Source of the DNA: Eledone cirrhosa
Lineage: Eukaryota
Direction: 5' to 3'
Assembly: GCA_964016885.1 (NCBI GenBank)
Contig: OZ024742.1
Span: 204,786,001 to 204,850,000 of the forward strand
Length of the DNA: 64,000 bases
Below are positions 37,729 to 64,000 of this stretch, in pieces. Position 1 is the first letter of the stretch; each line of letters opens with the position of its first letter. The notes beneath the pieces were generated by a model. It did not search any database. It was given only the letters and a program-made list of their open reading frames with translations, and was not told the origin of the DNA. The position numbers and the translations under genes were made by a program.

Positions 37729-37933
37729 GCAGAGGTGGGGAACCATATCATGAGACTACATTAAGTTACTCATAATATTACTGATTCTAGCTTGATTTCT
37801 ACAGCTGAATGCACTTTCTAACACCAACCTCATTTTCAGTGAGTGCTGGGTGCTTTTTTTTCCATGGCACCTCTACAACCACTTTGCATATATATATATA
37901 TACGGACATAAAATGATGATATATATATATATA

Positions 37934-39106
37934 TTGGAATTGCTATCAGCAAATGAGGAGATATTTATAAACCATAATAAGGCTTTTTCTGAATATGGTT
38001 ATGAACAGTCCATTTACTACATACCTAAATGCCATAACACAGCAATTCACCATAATAAACTTAACACTAGAACTAGAAATACCTTAGCATATAGCCAGAT
38101 TCGCCGGAATTTTAGCAGTAACAGCACCTATACAGGGAACTTTAATGGTGGCAGCGACCTGCTTCCCACTCCAAGTAGCAAACTAAAAATCAACCCTAGA
38201 ATAGGAATGAACAATGGGATGACAAATAACAAATGCCCAGGTAATAATAACCCTAGGAAGGCCTCTACCAACTCCATTAGAACCCCTAGAAGGAATAGGC
38301 TTAGAAATATCACCTGGCTTACCCCTCCCCCCCCTCCATTCTCATCTAATCTAGCCACTAATATCCCTAAACGCTTCTTCTCTATCCTATCTAAACATTT
38401 CCCCCCCAACCATAGATATTACAAACTCTTTAATAAAAATAACTTTAAAATCTCATTCTCCACAACACCTAACCTAGCTAGCCACATCGCATTCAGTAAC
38501 CATCATAAACTAAGTCAGTATAACTCCCACACCGCGGTACCACCACCCCTACCAAATACACCACGCCACTACACCAATACTTACTCTAGTAGCACACCTC
38601 CCCCATCTAATCCTTCTAACACTGACCAACTGCTTAGGTTAAACTACCCTACTCTCACTAACCGCAGAAGTAACTGCAACTGCCGTTACCCTAATGCATG
38701 CCCACTAAATGGACACTGCCTGACACCCAACATAGTCTATAGGTGCACGGTTAAAACTGCTTCGAGTACCAGCTCCTATATCGGGTCTACCTCTAACCCT
38801 TTTAAGGTACGCTATAACGCGCACTCTTTTTCCTTCCAAGACCCTAACAACAGATGTTCGACATCTCTAGCTAGGCTCATTCAAAACCTTAAATTAACCA
38901 ACATTGAACACTCACTAACATGGGATATCTTAGCTAGGGCCCAACCGTTCAATGGACGAAGAAAATCTTGTGATCTCTGTATTACCGAAGCATATTACAT
39001 AACTCTATCACGACCTCTACCGATTAACGATAGAACGGAGGTAACTATTAGCTGTCAACATCGAAGGGCTAATTCCTTCGCCAACAGAATATTTGACCCA
39101 ACATAG
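37934..39106 (+). CDS. Open C-terminal part of a Penelope-like ORF: RT thumb end, linker, Cys-rich motif, GIY-YIG endonuclease (no native start)
   Basis: Motifs are LSANEEIF, RNITWLTPP..FS..TNI..KHFP..KLFNKNNFKISFS, CNCR..CPLNGHC..NIVY..YIGST..FKVRYNAH, W.IL, CDLCITE and N.R.E..SCQH. The first 28 codons of the track ORF are flank and microsatellite. Confidence 0.8.
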   Translation: MELLSANEEIFINHNKAFSEYGYEQSIYYIPKCHNTAIHHNKLNTRTRNTLAYSQIRRNFSSNSTYTGNFNGGSDLLPTPSSKLKINPRIGMNNGMTNNKCPGNNNPRKASTNSIRTPRRNRLRNITWLTPPPPPFSSNLATNIPKRFFSILSKHFPPNHRYYKLFNKNNFKISFSTTPNLASHIAFSNHHKLSQYNSHTAVPPPLPNTPRHYTNTYSSSTPPPSNPSNTDQLLRLNYPTLTNRRSNCNCRYPNACPLNGHCLTPNIVYRCTVKTASSTSSYIGSTSNPFKVRYNAHSFSFQDPNNRCSTSLARLIQNLKLTNIEHSLTWDILARAQPFNGRRKSCDLCITEAYYITLSRPLPINDRTEVTISCQHRRANSFANRIFDPT

Positions 39107-39475
39107 TCATCTAGTCCCATTTTTACTTGTAGCTAATAAGTTAAATAGCTATAACTAAGTTAGATAATTATAAGTTACCTCCCTTACAGTGTCTCTCAAT
39201 AAAAAAAATAAAAAAATTAGCACTTAACTATAAACTACCCACAACTTCTAATCTCTCGAGGAGTTACTTCCCCTGAAACCACCCTCTAATTAGTAAGGTA
39301 AATATGTCCATTGGTGGCCATCTTGTTACCCATAGGCAGATCTCACACAATGCATCCTCAACAGAAGAATACTGCTTGATTATGGCAGACAATTGATACA
39401 CCCAGGACACCATAGTGAAATACCAATATATGGAACATTACATTTATGTAACATTCTTTCCTTATTTTAATTTAT

Positions 39476-39609
39476 ATTCCTTTGAAGTTCCGATGAGCCG
39501 CTCTATCTTTAACTATGTTAATTATTTTCTGAACCAGATCAATAATGATATATAGTCATTTGATCCAGAAATATTATATGGAGTAGCGAAACAATTGTAA
39601 ACGGACATT
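39476..39609 (+). ncRNA. Type I hammerhead ribozyme motif with an extended stem II at the Penelope 3' end
   Basis: Reads TCC-tttgaa-GTT CCGATGA [GCCGCTCTAT...ATGGAGTAGC] GAA ACAATTGT A AAC GGA. The core has a U4C variant, stem III is palindromic, the triplet is GUA (39597-39599) and stem I is bulged. Confidence 0.65.
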
Positions 39610-39619
39610 ATTATTATTA

Positions 39620-39740
39620 AGGTTAACTTTGCCTTTCATCCTTATGGGGTCGATAAAATAAAGTACCAGTAATGCACTGGGTAATTGCTGGCCTTGTGCC
39701 TAAAGTAGAAACAATTATTATTATTAATATTATTATTGTT
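39620..39740 (+). mobile_element. 5'-truncated SINE with an (ATT)n tail, abutting the Penelope end
   Basis: GGTTAACTTTGCCTTTCATCCTTATGGGGTCGATAAAATAAAGTACCAGT..AAGTAGAAACAATTATTATT. Confidence 0.8.
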
Positions 39741-40029
39741 ATTCTCTACATTCCTTACATCAAACTAAAATATGTTGACAATCTTTTAATAATGTCTTCC
39801 TTGTGAAATTTGTGGTCTTGTTTTGCTTAACTAATGAATATTTCCAGCTCTGTGCACCTAACTTCTGCATGAACCCAGCCACCTAGCTGCTTTCCACTGC
39901 ATATTGCACATTGAGCACATGCCTTTACGCTTTGGCTTCTAACTAATTCACCAATCTCTCCTCTCTTATCTCCATCTCTCTCTTTAAGATTGGTTACTCT
40001 TGAACTGTGTATATATATATATATAGATA

Positions 40030-42496
40030 TATTTCTTTATTTGCCAAAATATTTCTTTATTTGCACAAAAGATGGGGACAAATACAAAGTGAGGAGTTTA
40101 CATACAAGCGTATATAAAAATAGAACTAATAAATAAATAACAAATAACAATTGAAATCCCCAATAGGGGGGAGGCGTGACCCATAGGTTGTACACACCCC
40201 GAAAAAATGTACAACCCTCATCTCCAGGAGCACGAAGAGCGAGTGCTCCTTTCCTATCTTCCTCTTTTTCTTCAACCTACAGGTTTATATAGAGAGAAGG
40301 CCCAACCACTCGGGCCATTCTTGCCATATTCACCCACCTTCTTCTAAAGTGATATTTGAAGAAGCGAACCAGTTGTTCGCCGGAGAGAAAGATGTCTGAC
40401 CTCAGCCCTTTCAGCCTCGTCCACCATATAACCTTTCACCATAGCCATTAGACAGTATAACCGCCTCACCTTCGTTTCTGAAGGAGGGAGGTGGTTTGAT
40501 CGTAATAATGGACTCGGTGGTCAACCGGATTTGTCCTACCTGCGACAGTAGCCGTTCTGCGTAGCTCCACAGGTTGGTAACGTCCGGGCAGTGTTCGAAT
40601 GCGAATACACGACGGTTTTCTCATCTCGCACGCATCTCGGACAGATCTTTTTCAAGGGATCCCTGCCCGGGTGTCTGTGTCTGTAGAGCTTGTCTCGAAT
40701 GGGTAGAGCTCCTCAGTAGCACTGCCAGGCCAGGGAATTTTGAAAGTTGTCCATCGGTCCCGGACAGAATGTCCTACTGAACAGACTGGCCAGTTCGTCT
40801 TCCTCTACGCCTAGAGTTTCCCCGAGAGTGTCGTCACACTTGCTGCGCACCAACCCTCTATAGAATGACGAGGTGGAGTCTCCACTCATCGCCGGGTCCG
40901 CTTGCCAGAGGACTGTGAGTGCCTGAGCACATTCGATATGCCAGTCGCCCATTTTCCTTGGTCTTTGCTTGACCCAGGACTGCAGCTCCGTCAGCGAAAC
41001 GAGTCACGGGAAGGCTCGCCTCACGAACGGGGCCCACACTGGTTGTTTGGTGAGGAATATGTGGAGGTGCCGCAGCCCGAGTGCGTGTTTGCGTATCGTC
41101 AGCCACGGCATCCCCAGCCCTCCGTTTGAAGGGTGTTGACAGTAGATGGACCTTCTCACCAAAGGAGCCCGCTTCTTCCAAAGGAATTGGAAGAGCGCGT
41201 GCTCCATTTTGGCGAGCGTTTTACCTGGTCAAGCGATAGTAGATGACGGACGCTATGAAACTGTTCACCACCTCCGTTCGACCTGTCAGGAATAGTTTGC
41301 ACTCGGCCCACTTCTGGGCAAGGGAAAACACCTTGGCGGTCACCTTGTTCCAGTTTTTCTCCACCTGGAGGTCCGGTCCGAACCAGACCCTGAGCAGCTT
41401 CACCGGTCCTTCCGTCCAGTGTCCGACGACACCGTCGGAAGGCATCGGTTTGCCTCTCCATGTTCCGATTTGCAAACCGACGGATTTGTCCCAGTTCAGC
41501 TTCGCTCCTGTGAACCTTTCGTATTCCTTCAGTAAGGTGCCGACCTCCCCGATTTGCGAGGTGCTCGACACCATTACTGTCACGTTGTCGGCGTAGGCCG
41601 ACGCCGCTCTTCGCCGTCCCGGTTCCAATGGGATGCCTTGTAGTAGCTCCGACTTCCGCAGTAGAGGCTCGAGAGTCAGTACGTACAGAAGGGAGGAGAG
41701 AGGGCATCCCTGTCGGATGGATCGCATTATTTGGAACGGCTCTGAGAGGTAGCCATTCACCTTGTCTCTTGAGCAGCCCTGAGCAGCCCCTGAACACGGT
41801 TCCGAAGCCCGCCGCCTCGAGCACCGTATCCAGGTAACGATGGTCAACCCTATCGAACGCCTTAGACTGATCCAAGTTGATCAGGGCCCCACCGAAGCCG
41901 GGTTCACACCCTACCCTCTCTACGATGTATCGCATGAGGTGGAGGTTGTCGTGTATGGACCTGGTCGGGATTGCGCATGTCTGCGCTTCTCCCACCAGGT
42001 TCCTGACGTCAAGCGCCAGCCTCTTTGCTAACACCTTGGCCAAAATCTGTAACTCTGTGTTTAGCAGTTATGGGCCTGAAGTTACCTATGTCATCTCCCT
42101 TATTCTCGTCCTTCCTGACTAGCGTGACTATGCCCTTGGTCACAGAACTGGGAATTCTCCCGTTCTTGCTGCCAGTTGCAGTAGACCGCTTCGAGGAGAC
42201 CGGGAGAACAAGTCCGACATTGGTACGTAAAATTCGTAGGGTAGACCGTCGAGACCTGGTGATTTGCGTTTGCCGCATTGGCTCAGTGCATCCCCTATCT
42301 CAGCGGCCGAAATCGGTCTTTTTGCAGAACTTCGCCTCCCCGTCTGAGAGTCGCGGCAGGCCGTCGAGGTAGGGGACCAAAATCCATAGCCTCTCCTGGC
42401 GCGTCACCCCTCCCGAACAGCTGTGCAAAGTGCCACTGAAAGGCCGCGCACATCTGCTCCGGTACAAGTATCATGCGTCCATCTTGGTCCTTCAAA
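40030..42496 (-). mobile_element. 5'-truncated, frameshifted Tx1/L1-clade LINE (ORF2 RT to 3' end)
   Basis: GC-rich island with motifs NFRPIT, AKVLAKRL, QTCAIPTRSIHDNL, LDQSKAFDRVDH, RQGCPLS..LY, YADNV and FQFLWK..GGLGMP. A 3' UTR hairpin lies at 40226-40250, and AATAAA occurs near the 3' end next to (TA)n. Confidence 0.85.
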
Positions 42497-43352
42497 GTAG
42501 AGAGAGAGAGATGTATGTGCATATGTAGGTGTGTGTATGTCAGCTTACTGTCTCAGTTCATATCAATGGTTAAAGCAAGCAGTGACTGTTGTATATGTCC
42601 AGCGCCAACAAAACATCCCACACCAATGAAGATGAGTTATATATTTATACCAGTAAGAAATAAAGTCTAGTCTCAGACTCATGAGAGTACTCTAACTCTA
42701 GAACAACTCCCTCTCAATCCTGTTTGTCCTACCCATGCTAACATGGAGAACAACATGATGATGATGATAATGATGATGCATTTACATAGTCAGACACACA
42801 GACAGACATTACTATTATGACCAGCAGACACATGGCTGAAGCTATAAATATGACACTAAACCTAGTCTCATTCATAGCCTTTCTCTCTCTCACCCCACCA
42901 CAAATTCCCATTAGTAATTTCTGTGTTACACTTGAATTATTTCTTTCTCAAAGCAGTCAGCCATCTTACACTCCCAGTATGAGAAACACTAACAACATAC
43001 CCCCTTTCCCTATCTCCCTCTCTACCTTAACCTCCTCCTTCACATGTCTGTTTCTGGCTTTCACTTTCTCTTTCTGCCAGCCTTTTCTTTAACTCACCCC
43101 TCCTCCCCTGCCTCATCCTGTCTGCCACTTTAACCCCCCCCCCCTACTCACACCACCTTGTCTCCAAACTTTTATCTATAACACTTACCCTACCCCCATC
43201 CAGTCCTCCAGTTTCCTCTTTTATATGTCTGCCTCTTCCCTCCCACCCCACCCACACTTCTCCAACAAACACATTCTTACCAGCAGCATTTCCAGAATAT
43301 AAAGCAATAAAGTCTACATATCACCATCACCCCCACCATCATCAACACCACC

Positions 43353-43552
43353 NNNNNNNNNNNNNNNNNNNNNNNNNNNNNNNNNNNNNNNNNNNNNNNN
43401 NNNNNNNNNNNNNNNNNNNNNNNNNNNNNNNNNNNNNNNNNNNNNNNNNNNNNNNNNNNNNNNNNNNNNNNNNNNNNNNNNNNNNNNNNNNNNNNNNNNN
43501 NNNNNNNNNNNNNNNNNNNNNNNNNNNNNNNNNNNNNNNNNNNNNNNNNNNN
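43353..43552. other. Assembly gap (200 N)
   Basis: Run of N. Confidence 0.99.
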
Positions 43553-44489
43553 GGCGTGGATGACCGTGATAAGCCTTCAGTCAGACCTACTGGCTGTTAC
43601 CCAATGGGCAGAAAAGAACAACAGTTACTGAACGAGGACAAATTCGAACTGATCCACTTTGGAAAAGAGGATGCTCTGAAACTCCCGTACTCCCTTCCCT
43701 CCGGGAAACTCTCGTGGCATCTAACAACATCAGAGACTTGGGAGTAACCGTGGACAGCAACATAAGCTGACCACGCATATAAGCAGCAAAGTTGACATGG
43801 CCCGCAGAATGTGTTCCTGGATCCTCAGAACCTTCCAGTCGAGAGATTCCTGCACCATTATCCTTCTCTTCTCTACTTTCGCCCGACCACACCTTGAATA
43901 CTGTTGTCCACTGTGTCTCCCCACACGAAACAAAGTATCATGAAACTTGAAGCTCCTCAAAGGGCAATCACGAAAAAGATAGATGGCATGTCAGACCTTG
44001 ACTACTGGGGTCGATTGGAAAACCTGAAACTTTACTCACTCCAACGTCGCCGTGGAGCGTTATATTATCTGCATGATGTGGAAAATGTTCCATCATCACT
44101 GCCCAAATGATGTTGGCATCGCCTTCAAGATACACCCAAGGCTTGGGCCCCGTGCTATCCGTCCCATTCAAAAATCTAAATCGCAACTCATAACAACAAT
44201 ACGGCACAATTATTTCACCTCAATCGGCCCTGCTCTCTTCAACATCACACCAGGACACGTCAAAACAGAAACTGACCACGTCAAAATTCAAGAAGTCTTT
44301 GGACAAATTCCTCCAAGTAATCCCGGACAAACCACCCACAACCCGGATATATCTCCGCAAACAGTAATTCTCTTCTCGAATGGGCCATGGTGCCCAAATC
44401 CTGAATTGAAAGACTTCGCCAGGTGGTGCTATTAAGTTAGACATGGCCTGGGCCAATACTGGCCAAAACATTTCAAAGTTATTCAAAGT

Positions 44490-44490
<1 letters not shown>
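43553..44490 (+). mobile_element. CR1-group LINE, 3' portion, running into (TA)n
   Basis: Motifs are KFELIHFGK, RDLGV.VDS, WILRTF, RPHLEYC, LEAPQRAITKKI and LKLYSLQRRR, with frameshifts. Confidence 0.8.
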
Positions 44491-63336
<18,846 letters not shown>

Positions 63337-63345
63337 AAAAAAAAA

Positions 63346-64000
63346 TATGTAAGCGGGCCTTAGCAACTCCACTGAAGATGCTCTTCAGAAGCTCCTTGGC
63401 TAGCGGTGTACTACCCAGGGAGCTGAAAGAAGGCACAATATGCCCTATCCATGAGGGAGGTAGTAGAGCGGAGGCCAAGAACTATAGGCCAGTCTCCCTG
63501 ACGTCGCATATCAGTAAGGTCATGGAGCGAGTCGTCAGAAAGAAACTAATCACTTTCCTCGAAGAAAATGACCGCCTGACTAGCACGCAACATGGCTTCC
63601 GCCCAGGAAGAAGCTGCCTTACACAGCTGCTAACATCACTACAACTGGGTACTGAGACAGCTACTAGACAGCTCACATGTAGACGTGATATATCTTGACT
63701 TTGCGAAGGCCTTTGACAAGGTCGACCACGGAATGATATGTCACAAACTACACGGACTCGGCATAACTGGAAAAGTAGGTGAGTGGCTGCATGGCTTCCT
63801 GAGGGACAGAAGCCAGGCAGTCGCAGCAAATGGGGCCCTCTCGAGGGAAACACCGATAACAAGTGGGGTGCCTCAGGGGACAGTCCTGGGACCACTACTG
63901 TTTTTGGTGGCTCTCTCGGACATGCCCTCTGTGGTGCATGCAACAACATCCCTCACTAGCTATGCTGATGACACTAAGGTAGCACAGGCAATCAAAAACC
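63346..64000 (+). mobile_element. 5'-truncated CR1-group LINE (RT domain), continuing past the window
   Basis: Motifs are [32 protein letters not shown], (after a frameshift) DVIYLDFAKAFDKVDH, SGVPQGTVLGPLLF and YADDTK. Confidence 0.88.

Larger units (their letters stand above)
37934..39620 (+). mobile_element. 5'-truncated Penelope-like element, Naiad/Chlamys-type, starting in (TA)n
   Basis: Contains the end of the RT thumb, the linker, a GIY-YIG endonuclease and a 3' UTR ending in a hammerhead motif. Confidence 0.85.

Overview
AT-rich, repeat-dominated animal genomic DNA. The SINE, RTE, Dong/R4 and Penelope content suggests a coleoid cephalopod, probably Octopus (inferred, not searched). 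Only one host exon is recognisable: 172 nt on the minus strand (23004-22833), encoding [26 protein letters not shown], the conserved segment just before the AWS/SET domains of the histone methyltransferase ASH1L/Ash1. Most of the window is therefore probably very large introns. They contain a near full-length but broken RTE LINE with a PHD-like finger, older RTE copies, Dong/R4, CRE, Tx1 and CR1 remnants, a 5'-truncated Naiad-type Penelope element with an intact GIY-YIG frame, many tRNA-derived SINEs, piggyBac- and hAT-type MITEs, 49-bp and 51-bp minisatellites, a 200-N gap and a ~19 kb (TA)n field. The most notable signals are two hammerhead ribozyme motifs, several short fold-back elements sitting in (TA)n, a 345-bp templated insertion, a SINE-head-derived minisatellite and an alternating-polarity domain structure in the (TA)n field. 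I cannot claim a new biological system. The best candidate is a Penelope-associated set of (TA)n-targeting fold-back and ribozyme elements. All family assignments come from motifs read by eye.
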